This document shows positions 1 to 14,266 of a stretch of DNA of 64,000 nucleotides, piece by piece. The DNA lies in contig OZ024741.1 in NCBI GenBank assembly GCA_964016885.1, forward strand, positions 103,168,001-103,232,000. Reading direction: 5' to 3'. This DNA is from Eledone cirrhosa. Its lineage: Eukaryota. Made by a program: the position numbers and the translations under genes. Under the pieces are notes generated by a model. The model made no database searches and was not told the origin of the DNA. It was given only the letters and a program-made list of their open reading frames with translations. How positions within the stretch are numbered: the stretch's first letter is position 1; every line of letters starts with the position of its first letter.

Positions 1-150
1 AGATGGACCATAACGCACCAGAGTACTCAATACTTAGGGTACTAGAGTGGGAAATAGGAAAAAGTATGACCCCGACGGCAGAGCTCAAGCCGTTTCGACG
101 GCTATTTCCGTTGAAACGGCTTGAGCTCTGCCGTCGGGGTCATAGTTTTT

Positions 151-152
<2 letters not shown>
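1..152. mobile_element. Short fold-back element carrying the 3' half of a hammerhead; related copies at 55765-55955 and 58962-59015
   Basis: Inverted repeat at about 54-101 / 110-154; GAAACGGC-ttgagctct-GCCGTC; leader ggaccataacgcaccagagt shared with 55794. Confidence 0.7.
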
Positions 153-187
<35 letters not shown>

Positions 188-276
188 CTATAGTACAAAT
201 ATTGGTATAAATATACAAGGGCTGGAGCACTCACTCCATAGGAGTTAAGTATAAATATTTACGACAGTAACAAGTA

Positions 277-325
277 CAGGTACTTAAGTTTTGTTGGGTT
301 ATTCACCTCCAACTCATTCAGACTA
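277..325 (-). ncRNA. Degenerate hammerhead motif (CTGAATGA core variant)
   Basis: Minus strand: CTGAATGA GTTGG-aggtgaataac-CCAAC AAAA CTTAAG TA. Stem III is palindromic; GAAA reads AAAA. Confidence 0.45.
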
Positions 326-327
326 AT

Positions 328-491
<164 letters not shown>

Positions 492-1605
492 TTGCACTCT
501 GAAATCAAATTACGCCGAGATCAACTGTATTTTCCATTATTTCAGGGTCGTAAAATCTAGTTCCACTCCAGAGCACTGGCTTTGCGGAATTTTTAGACCA
601 TCTGACTAAGATTCCTTGCACTATTTGTTCCGGTTGCTTATATTCAGAATTCAAATCCTTAAATTGTATAAGAGTACTACTTGTTTATATATTTATAGTT
701 CCCTGAAATACCTTTTGAATCAGTTTCCTTTTCCAAAGCATAGGTTAACACTTCGAACCCTGTGACAAACTTCTCCATTTTGCTTTATTATCTACACTCT
801 CCTTCACCAGAGCCTCGCTTTCATTTACTCCTCCATCACACCAAGCCATGTCTTTCGTGGTAGTCCTCATCTTCTTCTTCCTTCCACATTCATTTTCACA
901 GTCACTTCCATCATTCTTCAATATATGACCCAGTCATCTCACACCATTTCTCTTACCTTCACTATCTCTAACAAGACTTAAGTACATTCTCCCTGATGTT
1001 ACTTTATTGTCTGATAATAAATTGTCGCGATTCTTTCCGTTGTAAGTTCAAATCTTGGTGACGTGAACTTTGCCTGCAATCCTTTCGGTGTTGATAAAAT
1101 AAAGTACTAGTCATGTCCGGGGATAGATTTAATCGACTTACCTCACCCCCAAAAGTGTTGGCCTTGTGCCTAAATCCGAAACTAATGACTGGAACTAGTA
1201 TAAAAGAGTAAATTGTCTCAATCGTAAAATCGAACCTTAAACGCCATTTTAGCTAACCTACCGGAAGTCTAATATCAATTTACCGCGCTCACGCAGAGAA
1301 TCAATATTAACTTCATAAGAATCTTTCTCTATGAGACGAAACTCATTCATTCATATTCTTTCATCCAACTTAGTCACCCTAACCACAATCCACCGCCATT
1401 ACTACCACCACCTCCGACGCTATTACAGCCACCGCCACCACCACATCAGATGCCTACTACATCCAATACTCACTCCCTCTCTCTCACAACTTCTCCCTAT
1501 TCCACCACACCCTTTAGAGTGGGTGTCACTTAGTTCCTGTCGGAGAAACATCAATAACAAGATCGACTGAATAATTCGCAATCACCTAAGTGGTTTTTAA
1601 ATGAC

Positions 1606-1648
<43 letters not shown>

Positions 1649-1672
1649 GTAATAATAATAATACCAACAACA

Positions 1673-1723
<51 letters not shown>

Positions 1724-1803
1724 TACAACAACAACAATAATTGAAGAATATTATATTTCTTAAGAGTTTACATCAGATATGTTTTTTTCTTTGTGACTCT
1801 ACT

Positions 1804-1895
<92 letters not shown>

Positions 1896-2028
1896 ACTCA
1901 CCTACTCTCTCTCTTTCTCTCGCTTCCCTCTCTCTTGACACAAACACAAACATGTATATATATATATATATATAAATGAAAAGTATAGAAATTATTGTGA
2001 GCGTGAAGCCAACAGTATTTCATAATAT

Positions 2029-2087
<59 letters not shown>

Positions 2088-2193
2088 AGTGTATGTGTGT
2101 GTACGTGTGTTTGTAGTTTTGTGTATGCATATATATAATATATGCGGACATCTATAATCATACTTATATACGAACATGTATTATATATATATA

Positions 2194-2294
<101 letters not shown>

Positions 2295-3117
2295 TTCCTT
2301 TGATGGTAATTTGCAATGTGATACCAGAAACTATTCCATAAGTACAATCTAACTGAGGATCTTCAAATAGTGACACAATATACTCTGCCGAACACAAGCG
2401 GTAAAGAACGATAAACGCTTCATAGAAGTGACTAGAGCATCATTGAGATCTAACTAATAGAATGATAGCTTTTAAAACAAAATTAATATACTCTCGGGTT
2501 TCGAATAATTGCATCCCTCCATCCAGTCCCGCTTATTATTTTTTATGATTTTTTCCAACCCTACTTTATTATTTGGGACCTGAGAGTATGTTGTATCAGA
2601 ATATGCAGTATATATTTATATACAGTAATTATAACATCTGGAGACTGAGAGGCCTTGAAACCGAACTTTCCCGACTTCAATCTTGATTTACTTATTACTG
2701 TTTGTATTCCATAGTGGGGCGGGGGTCTTGGCAGAACCGTTACTGCGTCGGATAAAATACATTGCTGTATTTCAGTACGACCCTCTATCTTCTAATTTCA
2801 AATCCCTCTGGAGTCAACGTCTCTTAGGACGGTGGATTGGAAGAATCGTTAGTGGGTCGGCTGAAATGTATTGCAGCATTTCGTTGTAGCCCTCTACGTT
2901 CTGGTTTCAAATCTCACCGAAGATAACCTTCAGGGGATGAATTAAGTAATAGTAAAGTATTGGGGTCATTATAATCAACCACGCTTCCACTCAAAATTGT
3001 TGACCTTTTGCCTAAATTAGAAATCAATATTCAACAATAACTTACGTTGTTCAATGATCCTGGTCATGCTAGAAATAGCAATCAACTCCTCCTCCTCCTC
3101 CTCTCTCTCTCTCTCTA

Positions 3118-3209
<92 letters not shown>

Positions 3210-6200
3210 TCAATCTCTCTCTCTCTCTAATACCCACCCACCGCAATTTAAAAGAAAGGAACGAAATATCAGAGGAGAGGCCATTGTTAAAGAACCTTCG
3301 ATTGTATATTTGATCGATATGGGCTGACCAACAACAATGTGTGTATATGTGTGTATCTGCATGTGTGTGTGTGTGTGTGTGTGCGTACACCCAGTTTTCT
3401 CTATATGCAATCATATCCTGCTCGAAGTGATCCAGTCTACAAGATGTTGAAGAGCAAAATAAAGGGCATGATTTTGCGCGAGTATTGAAGCTATTTTTAT
3501 CATCAGACTTTTCTTTTTGCCCATGTCCTAGTTTAGCTAATTTATATAAACTACATCACATAAGAAAGGGCCTCAAACATATATTTGAGGAAAAACATGT
3601 TGAAAGAATTTCTGTTTGATGCGTATAGATGGTGGCTAATGCAGAACACTTTCTATTCAATAATTTTGTACCACTTTTATATGCCGTCTCTCACATAATT
3701 ACTGGACATATTCTCACCTAAGATCTTAATTAAAGTTAAGATATTTCCGAAGCCTACAGACCCACCAGACCGAAACTTATCCTGGTTTCATTTAGCTTTA
3801 AGTGACATAGAGTACAAGACTCCCCTCTGAATAAAACCAAGATTCTGTATATATTCTCACTTTGATTGCGCCATATTGTAGGAAATGAAAGTCATTACAT
3901 GCGCGAAATATCAACCGTCTAAACCAGTGGTTTCCATTGACCTTCTACACCCCTCTCAGATTGTTACATGGCGATAATAATAATCGGAAGAAATAGTTAT
4001 ACTAAGAGAAAATTGAATACCAAACAATGTATGTATATTAGGTTTTTGATAAAATGTTTGTCAGATTTTGAACTAAGCTTCCAAACCCGCATTTCTTCTC
4101 TTAGGAACTCCCAGTGATCCGCGATTTTCAGGCTGAGATCGTCTGGTCTAACACCACATAGAAAGAAATGGCTAAAACAGGAATGGAAACCCCGTCACGA
4201 ACACAACTTCCCAAGTTCTTAATAACACTCAAATAGACAACGTACGTACACATTGTGTACAATACTTCATTGTTAATCTCTAGCTTATGTCTATTATCAT
4301 TTTGTTAACACTATCTTACGCTATATTTTCATTAACAATAGATATTTATCAGTTGTATTTAAAAATCATTATTATTAACTATAGAAAACAATTATATCAT
4401 CGATTATTTTTACAGTGTGTATTTAGAACTAAAGTCAGTTCATGGAGATATATTTCAATCAACCAATGGGCGGGAAGGGTTAATAACATTATACAAGTAT
4501 GGCTTTATTAATCTCTTACGAACATTTTTCTATACAATGTTTATGTAGAAAAGTAAAACATAATCTATATGACAGCAGAGGCAGTGCCTATATCAATTTA
4601 ATTAATTAAGCTAATCACATGAGTTATTAATAATTTCTTTATTTTTTACTTTCATGAGTTTATTCCAAGTAGTAAGAGACATAATTCTCTACGCCATAAG
4701 AGACACAATTATTTCTCTTCGTATTAAGCAGCTTTAGATAGCTTTTAATGGTTCACTCTAAAATGAAAATTCGATCTCAATGAAAATTCGATCCCAATAC
4801 TGGACTGGTACTTTTTTATCGACTTCGAAAGAATGAAAGACTAAATTGATCTATGCATTCCACATTAAGCTTAGCACACAAAATACACACAAACACACCG
4901 CATCTAGAATGGAATAGATTAAAAAGACCTAGGTCGGGTTCGATGATGGGTGTTCTAGTTGATCAATCAACTGAACGTCCAACTCGTGAATTAACGTGTA
5001 AGTGGTTGAGTATTCCGTACGTACCCTTAAAGTAATTCACATGCAGAACCAGCGTGACACTGTGTGACAAGAATTACTAGTACAGCCCATTCAACGGGAT
5101 TCTAAAGAATTTCTGTCTATCATATTTCACTCACAAGGATTGAATTAACACAAATCACACTTGCTCGAGAGGCCGCGCAGTGGTATCAAACCGATTTAGA
5201 AGCAAACTTATTAAATAGTCATCCATGCTACGTTTAGGTAAGTATCTAGCATCTAGCACCTCCACATAAGGTCAGTTTGTATCTTACTTGAAATCCCTTT
5301 GTATTTGTCCCCTTCTTTTGAGCCTCTGTGGCTAATAAAGAAACATTAATATCAGTTACTAGTGCGGTGAATTTGTAGAGTCGCTAGAGCGTCTGACAAA
5401 TCCTGCCGAGGTTAGCTTTGCGATTCATTCTTACGAGATTGATAGTATCAGTAACGCAGTGGGGTCGATTTAATAAACTTTCCCCTACCTTAAAATGGTT
5501 GACCTTATGCCTAAATCAGAAACCATTATAATTATCAATCATTAGTGTGGTGGATTTCTAGAATCGTTAGAGCGTCGGACAGAATGTTTGCAGCATTTTT
5601 CCGGTTCCTTACGTTCCGAGTTCAAATCTCTTCGAAATCAATAATTTCCTGGGTCGATAATTCATCTTGCTAGTTATATGGTCATCCGCAAAAAATTGTT
5701 GGCCTTGTGTCTAAATTAGACATTATGGTTAATATTAGCGATTAGTTGGCGTTAGAGCGTCGGATTAAATGCTTTGGTATTTGTTCCGGCTGTCTGTGCT
5801 CTAAGATCAAATCTTGTGATCAACTTTACTTTCTATCCTTTCAGTGTCGATGAATAAAGTACCAGTCCTTATGTGTTGAATTAGCGGTATGTTTAAAAAG
5901 TCGGACGGGATGGCTTGCAGAATCTGATCTGATTCAGAGCGTTCTGAGTCCAAATCTCATCTTCTGTCATTGGAAAAGCGATTACGTCTCAACAGATCCT
6001 ATCAGCAACGGAAAGAGCAATGGAAACAGATCTTTGTTCCGATCTGACGCTCGACTCCTTTCCTTTTTGTTTTATTAATATCAATCATTTTAGAAAAACA
6101 TGATTTCTTTATTAGTCACAAGGGCTTGGACATAGAATTTAGTAAACAATATAAATATAGAGTTTTCAATACATAAGACCCTTGACAAACAAGGTTAAAT

Positions 6201-6324
6201 AAAACAAGATTAGGAGCAACGTTATTAAACAACAGACAAATCAAATTTGATTATAATAGCATATCATTCTATCATGGCTACAGCAGAACATTCTGGATGT
6301 CGGAGAGAGATGTCGTTCCTTGAC

Positions 6325-6480
6325 ATTTATTTACCATTGATTTCTTGGTAGGTGAAGACAGACAGGGGGGAAACCGAATGATGACGTAAACGGAAGTCAG
6401 CGATGGGGTAACATGGAGAAAGAACAAAAGACAACAAAGCGAGAAAGTAAAAACATTCTACTCCACTTCCGGTAACGGTA
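6325..6480. promoter_or_regulatory. Candidate promoter / first exon of an unidentified (probably minus-strand) gene
   Basis: Non-repetitive CpG-containing patch with TGACGT, CGGAAGT and ACTTCCGG. The minus strand reads ...aagaaatcaATG|GTAAAT. No downstream exon chain could be confirmed. Confidence 0.3.
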
Positions 6481-6568
6481 ATGTATTTTTCGTATTATTG
6501 CATGCGTTGAGTGATAAACTGGCAGGTCGATATTTGTATACGTATGTAGTTTATTGCTGCGTAACGTT

Positions 6569-6625
<57 letters not shown>

Positions 6626-6632
6626 GTATATA

Positions 6633-6683
<51 letters not shown>

Positions 6684-6690
6684 GTATATA

Positions 6691-6778
<88 letters not shown>

Positions 6779-7256
6779 TACACATATATATGTGTGTGCG
6801 TGTACATGGAAGAGGAGCCTCGTTGTCTTACAAAAGATGATCTATCTGAACTAAAATGATTAACACTTGCTAAGTGCTCTATTTAGTTACGTGTGTGTGG
6901 GCGTATGTGCGTGTGCGTGTGTGTGTGTGTGTGTGCATTAGGGTGTGAATACGAACGAATAAAAAGAGTGATCAGTACATAATGTCGAGGTTAAATATAT
7001 GTATTAATAATTTGAATTATCCGTGCATTACCAGTGGTTTTATTAATCTCAGCATGTTTATGAGTTTCATCAATATGTTTCATAAACATATATGTAATTT
7101 CGCCATGATCGTAGATCCATTTTATAGTAGATCCTACAAAGAGTCAGATTTGTATATATATATAGTAATAATAATAAATTTGAAGACTAAAATCCAAAGA
7201 GGGCTCGATAAGGATAAATATATATCAAATATATAAGAACCGTAGAGCAAATTTTA

Positions 7257-7350
<94 letters not shown>

Positions 7351-7359
7351 TTATATATA

Positions 7360-7390
<31 letters not shown>

Positions 7391-7870
7391 GTCAATTTAG
7401 ATTTAGCATCAGGTACCTACAGACCCTATCATAAGCCTAATGAAAAATTAAGTTATACCAATAGAGGGTCATGTCACCCCACCCCCACCCCCGGTTGTAT
7501 TTAAAAACCTGGTCCTTCACATTATCCGTAGGATCTCGACTTTATCTTCTTGTAAAGAAATATTCAATAGGACGATCCCATATTACAATAAAGCTCGTAG
7601 TGATAGTGGTTTCAAGAAGAGGATTACATATATGCCAAATAGTAACAGCCAAAATAAAACAGAAATAGAAGAATCATCTTGTTCACACTCCCTAGCAGCG
7701 AAAACCAACGCAGGGAGAACATTCTTGCAACTAATAGATAATCACTTCCCACCCCACCATAGGTATATTTAACATTTAGTCGGTGAAAGTTAGCTACTCT
7801 TGAGGCCCACAATAAGGTCTAAAATAACCGCAAAAAGAACACCAGGGGACAACCCAGGATTCTCATGTAG
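7391..7870 (+). mobile_element. Second, diverged Penelope-like RT C-terminus/linker fragment
   Basis: [53 protein letters not shown] and KTNAGRTFLQLIDNHFP; starts directly after (TA)n. Confidence 0.8.
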
Positions 7871-8563
7871 GAAAAAAAATAATTCCCGCTACAACCGAAA
7901 TACAACTCAAGATCAGTGGTCAAAGAAACCATGAATGTAACAAATATAAACGGACAAACAAACGATCAATTTGCAAACCGAGCTACTTGTTTTTAATTTT
8001 CGGCAAAACCAGCCGTAATGTCGCTCTGTATGCAAATTAGGCTAATCAGCTGATGTATACTTTAGAGAATACTATATATTCTCAAGAGTTCTAGTGAGTG
8101 ACAGAAAAGAGATACACATTCTTGACAAAGGGCAATAACCCAGAAACAACGTTGTCGATTGTTTCTCTGTGCCACCGCTAAAACAAAAAGATGACGATGG
8201 TCATCTAAATGATATAGCGTACCGAGGCTGTTTGCTTGCAAACGAATCGAATATAATTATTATTCAATATAAAACTCACGAATGCATTTACGGATCCGCT
8301 ATGTTAGAGAGAAAAACAAAACTCTAATTTTGTTTAAATATATATATAAACAATGAGTTATTTGTTTTGTTGATTATTCAACAAAGTTAATTTATAACAG
8401 ATTAGAAGCACTCAACAGTTTTCTTCTGGAGTATAATATCAATAAGATTAATAAATGGAAAATATCCAGGATATTAGCATAATTATCCTGAGTTTTGAAT
8501 ATTTATTCACTATTTGCATTGAACTCATAACACTATGTAGATATATCTTTAAACTAAATATTG

Positions 8564-8624
8564 TATTTCATCTGACGAAAGCGTACCAAAATACTGGTAC
8601 ACTTGAAATATGTATAATAAAATA
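8564..8624 (+). ncRNA. Minimal type I hammerhead ribozyme motif
   Basis: Stem I tatttcat/ataaaata, CTGACGA at 8572-8578, stem II AAGCGTACCA/TGGTACACTT, GAAA at 8605-8608, near-palindromic stem III ATATGTAT, triplet ATA. Confidence 0.7.
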
Positions 8625-8680
8625 AATATGGTTTTATAAGGATATTTTCCATTTATTAGTATTATTGACATATATATATA

Positions 8681-10270
8681 AGTAGTAACACAACAGTTAG
8701 TTCACCATACCAAGAACAATTGTTCCACCTTAAGCGGATCTTCAGCTCGAACTGGTAATGGTTATATGGAACAGGAAGAACAACCGTATGAACGCGTATG
8801 TGCAGAAACGGTCACTTCACCCAGGCGGTACAAAAGCACGGGCGAAAGGTGTAAGGGAGATAACTGCGAGCGTCCGGAATAATATGTTCGAGTTGATTAG
8901 AAAATTAGAATGTTGTTGTTATTCAATCCGGAACTTTGTAGTTATGCAAGAGGTGTTTCCAGACATGGGGACAGCGTGAGAAGATTTCACATCTTGAATT
9001 TAGGCAATCGCTATTGCGTAATCTCTTTAGAATATTTATCCTTTCTTCAATACACAGTCCACAAGACGGATTGCACCTTGCGTATGGCTTTGACTTAGTG
9101 ATAGCTTTCCATTGAATGGAATAGTCTATATCTGAGTCTTCGATGGATCATACGTGGCTCGCGAGCTTCGTGGATGATCGTGGAAGGTCGACTGATGGTT
9201 CAGGAAGCGTTCCTTAAATCGGCCCTCCGCCATACCCACATAGGATTTGACCTCCTGTGGTTGATTTGGTCGGTTGGGAGTGACCACAGCTTCATAAACT
9301 ACAGCGGGTGTGTTGCATTGCTATTGAAGGGGACAAGCTTCAGGCTTTCGGCAAGAGCATCCTGGTGGGGTGCCACACTTAGGACTTTTGGTGATGTGGG
9401 CCTTCATATTCTTAGGGCAGGAGTACCCTAGTTTTAATCTGTCTGTTAAAGATGGAGCGGTATTTGTGACCTATGAGAAAGTGTCTATCTAAGAGGGCTA
9501 AAAAAGATTTTCTTACATTAGTTTTAACGTTGAGTGAGAAGGGGGGAGAGAGCCAGATAGTTTGTCTATTGTTACGATTTCTTTTCTAATTGCTGTTGTT
9601 AGTGGGGGAGTAAGTAATTGGTTGCGAGAAGCCGCTGTTAGCTAACGCCGTATTAAGTAGGGGGCCGCTCTGTCAAAGATAGCCTTATTAGAGGCAAAGT
9701 TAGAGATTCTATTACCGATATTATTTACGAAATTTCTAAAAGCAGTAGGAGGGTGGCATGAGTCCTTGTGTATGTAATTAAACTTTTCGTTTAGCTTATG
9801 GAAGGGTCTGAAGTTATGTGTGCGAAGGTGTAAATTAATGAAGAAAGGATAAATATTCTAAGGAGATTACGCAATAGCGATTGCCTAAATTCAAGATGTG
9901 AAATCTTCTCACGTTGTCCCCAACACCTCTTGCATAACTACAAAGTTCCGGATTGAATAACAACAACATTCTAATTTTCTAATCAACTCGAACATATTAT
10001 TCCGAACACTCACAGTTATCTATCTACCTTACACCTTTCGCCCGTGGTTTTGTATCGCCTGGGTGAAGTGACCGTTTTTGCGCATGCGCGTTCATACGGT
10101 TGTTCTTCCTGTTCCATATAACCATTTCCAGTCCGAGCTAAAGATCCGCTTAAGGTGAGACAATTATTCTCGGTATGGTGAACTAACTGTTGTGTTACTA
10201 CTTCTACCAAACTCGTCCCATGGACTGAGTGCTCTACCACTACGGATATTACTTTCCAGTGTTCTACCTA
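8681..10270 (-). mobile_element. 5'-truncated Penelope-like element with inverted pseudo-LTRs (arms 8681-9049 and 9839-10203)
   Basis: Minus strand encodes an RT C-terminus (FRPFHKLNEKFNYIHKDSCHPP...IGNRISNFASNKAIFDRAAPY), a linker (IWLSPPFSLNVKTNV), a GIY-YIG nuclease (VVYEAVV...SYVGMAEGRFKERFLNHQSTF) and CGLCIEERINIL...LNSRCEIFSRCPH. Frameshifted; flanked by TA runs. Confidence 0.9.
8709..8752 (-). ncRNA. Degenerate hammerhead motif in PLE pseudo-LTR (second copy on + at about 10133-10173)
   Basis: Consensus of the two arms: CCGAG CTGAAGA tccgcttaaggt GAAA CAATTG TT CTCGG. Each copy carries different core substitutions. Confidence 0.6.
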
Positions 10271-10356
10271 TATATATGTATATGTATATATATATAATGT
10301 AGGGAAATATAGAAATAGCCAGCTAGCTGGACAAGACACATAGTGAGATGAGTGAA

Positions 10357-10391
<35 letters not shown>

Positions 10392-12183
10392 AACGATAGA
10401 TAGATAGATATGTGAAATGATAGCTGGATGGGTGATTGGAAAGAGAGATGGATCGGTTGATAGGTAGATAGATGGGCTAACGGACAAATAGATCTGGAAA
10501 AGGGATTAAGGGATTATGGCATTGATAAAAGAAGTCAGTTGCGAATCTCGTCACGGAAATATGAAGCTATAAGGAAAATACGATCGCTACATTGACAGAT
10601 ATGCTTCTCTGTATATGGATAATAATGGTTTCCTTCTGTTGATGGATTAGTCATAGGTAACCAATTAGTAGAATCTTTAAAGTGTCGGATTGAATAACTC
10701 GGTATTTATTCCGGCTCTCTGAGCTCTGAGTTCAAATCCTGCCGGGGTTAACTTTGCCTCTCTTCCTTTCGATGTCGACAAAATAAATTACCCGTCCTAT
10801 ATTGTGAATTGTTTGAGTCGCTCGACTGTTGAATTGAATTACTCGGTGTTTGTTCCGCCTCTCTACGCTCTGAGTTCAAACCTCACCGATGTCAATGTTG
10901 CCTTTCGTCATTTCGAAATAGATTAAATAAAGTACCAACCCAAGAGTAATTAGAGGGTGCGACAGGATGTTTAGCGATATATTGTCTGACTGTAAGCGTT
11001 CTGGGTTAAAATTCTGTAGAGACTTGCTTTGGTGATAGACTTAATCCGTTGTACGTTTTAATAATAGTTTGGCTCTTGGATGCCTTTAGCAAAATCAACT
11101 CTATTGCAAACATTCAGTTTAAGGATAATCCCCACTTCTACCAATTTCGGAGGCCCTAAAAATGATTTTAGACACTGTCCACTTCTTGACAAAACGATGA
11201 AACATATTTGGTTTATAGTTATTAGTATGGTGGAAAACCAAATTTAGTAACCGGTTTAATTGGTCAGGAGGGTGACTGGAAATGTATCATTGATCAGGTA
11301 GACGGTTGGTAATGATCATGATTAAATAGAGGACTGGCAGTAGTCATTCGTTTAGTGGAATCAAGCTAATAGTTATTGGTCTGCTGGAAGTCGGGGTATG
11401 GTGACCAACTAGTGGAGGATAGGTGACGGTTTTTGTTGAAGTATATTGAATAAATAAATAAATAAATAAATAAATAGATAGATAAATAAATAAACATATC
11501 GTTGTTCTAGACTGGGATTGATGATGATGAGTTTGGACTGGTGAAAGACTTAAAATGATCAGTGATGTGGTAAAGAACCGGTGGAGGTGACCGGGGGTTT
11601 ACTGGAGGGTTGGTGATAAACATTGGCCTGGTGAAGGACTGGTGGTGGTCAGTGGTGTGGTGAAAGGTTGATGGTGATAAGTAATGGAAGACTGAAGATG
11701 GTCAGTAATCTGATAGAAGACCATATGATGGTCATAGAAGTTCACACGATGGTCAGAGAAGACCACATGATCGTCACTGAAAACGACGTGATGGTCAGAG
11801 GAGACTACAGGAAAATCATTGCTGTGGTAAAGAAAGGGTAATAAGGATAGTAGAGAACGATCATTGCTGTAGTGGATTTGTTGATAATCATTAGTCTAAT
11901 GGAAGAGCATAGGGTAGTCAATAAGGACCATATGATGGTCAAGTACAAACAGATTATTAGGCCAACGGTCTACTGAGGGATGACAGCAATTTATTTGATT
12001 GAGGACAAATATTTGTCGTTGGTCTGGCGAGGTAGTGGAGGAAATAACAATGTCTATTGGTTTCAAGAAAGATTAAAGACGATTATCTTTAGTTTGCAGG
12101 TGGAAGAGAGAGAGAGGGAGAGAGAGAGAGGTTGAGAGAGAGAGAGAGGCGGGAGAGAGAGGGGGGAGGAGAAAGAGAGTAAT

Positions 12184-12224
<41 letters not shown>

Positions 12225-13053
12225 TATTCTTCTGGTGAATATCTGTTGTATATTAATCTCTTAAAATTATAAACGTCTTACGTCTTAAGACCCGAACTCA
12301 ACTTGGGGTTTAATTCTTAGTGGTATTCATTCCGGCTCTCTGATCTCTGAATTCAAAACCGGCGAGGTCAGCTTTACCTTTCATCCTTTTGAGGTCGATA
12401 AAGTACCAGTCTAATACTAGTGTTCATTCTTACTTTATCTCCCTTTCCTATTTCTCTGGAAGAAATCAACTCTAGGGAATTCAAAATGACTTGTTGGTGT
12501 ATATGTGGTGTGGTAAATGAATATAAACATAAATATTAGGTCTGAACATAATGGAATCAAATTCCCATTGTCACAGCCTTCAGATCTAGAGAGGGCTGGG
12601 ATCCGTCAGGTTAACATGTCCATGTCAAACAATGTATCTCGATGGCTACTCCATCAAGAGTTATGGGTCCAAGTGAAACCAATATAGTCCAATGTAATAA
12701 AATGTAATAATTGAAGAATAATGCTATGATATTATTGGTTTCAGTCAATAGACTACGGTCATGCTAGGACCCAGTTTTAAAGGGATTTTGTTCATCATAT
12801 CGACCCCAGTTCTGATTGTATTCTAGTCTGGTACTTACTGTATTGATCTTTTTATGTCGAGTCGCTACGTTACGCGATATAAAGAAAAAACGTAAACATA
12901 TTCACACACACTTACATATATACATACATGCATGTATGCATTCATACATAGATGCACACATACGTACTTACATAAGATACATACATGCACACTTACATAC
13001 TTACACAATAGATACATACATGCACGCGTATATACATAATAGACACACACACA

Positions 13054-13122
<69 letters not shown>

Positions 13123-14139
13123 ATAATTCGCAACAGGTCAGCCTACTCATGAAATTAACATAAAAGTGGCTGAGCATTCCAAAGACACGTGTACCTTTAA
13201 CATATTTCTCAGGAAGATTCAGGCTTGCTCTTATTATTTCCACCTAAATGAACAGGCGGAGCGTGAAATAAAGTATCTTTGCTCAAAAGCACAACGTACC
13301 ACCAGAAATTGAACCCACGACATTACGATCGGAAACCAAACACATTCACTACCATACAGATGTGTGTGTGCGTGTAAATATATTTTTTCATGAAATACAC
13401 ATTGGATATGATATGATAGAAAAAAGGGATGGGCACGACTGGAACAACTTTCATTGGAAGGTGGTTCGTTTTAAGTTGTCCTGGGATGAAATGTAAAGTA
13501 TACATCAATACCGTCTAACATTAGCCGCTACTTTTGTTTTTGTTAGCTAAGAGTTATTCCCCTTGAATCACCAACATATAAATATATTTGTATAAGCTGA
13601 AGTGCAAGGCATTGTTAGACGTAATACAATTCCTCACACGGCGTGTTGCATGATACTTGATACATCGTAAGATTCCTTTACAAGAGACACACACATGTCA
13701 TACCTGATCCAGCAGAACTGACATAACTGCACTTTTATACCCTCCCCACTCAATGAAAGTCTGCAGATACATTTTCTACATTTTCTAAAATTAGTCTAGT
13801 GGGGAAAATGTGAGAAGTCATGTACTCTAAATTACACACCAGGTCCGTATTAACCCATGATTGAGCCCCTATACTTTCAGAGGCCCCCTTTGACACTTCA
13901 ATATTTCATCCTCTTTAACAATTTACTGGGTCCCCAAGCTTCAGTCAAATCAGCCTCGGGAATAGTGCAGCCGTGTCTACAACAGGGAATATCGGTGTTT
14001 CCATCTACAAAAATTGTTTTGGGGCAAGTCAAGATATTCCCAGCATTGTCACGTGTCGTAGCGAGGCTATGACGCTAGAATAGCTAAACACCTTCACCAG
14101 GAACATCTCAAGATACTTAAATAAGACCAGAGTATAGCA

Positions 14140-14240
14140 GGCTATGGCGCCGGAGTAAACAAACACCTTCACAACGCCAAAATTTAAAGATTTGACGCAT
14201 GCGTATTTGTGTCGGCAGAAATTTTCTTCCGTAAACATGG
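14140..14240 (+). promoter_or_regulatory. Likely YIPF6 core promoter / 5' UTR
   Basis: Locally CpG-richer. Contains an NRF1-like palindrome ACGCATGCGT, an ETS-like TTCTTCCG and a YY1-like AACATGGC overlapping the ATG. Motif-level inference only. Confidence 0.45.
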
Positions 14241-14266
14241 CTGACGTGGATTTTCACGGAGATCAA
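14237..14266 (+). CDS. YIPF6: YIPF6 coding exon 1 (MADVDFHGDQ)
   Basis: aaacATGG start context, 30 nt, GTAAGT donor; phase 0 matches exon 2. The peptide is too short to confirm by homology. Confidence 0.8.

Noticed and set aside
11200-12060. Purine-rich ~20-30 bp degenerate periodic sequence (similar GT-rich tract at 21570-21930)
   Set aside because: No open frame or conserved unit; it looks like an old decayed minisatellite.
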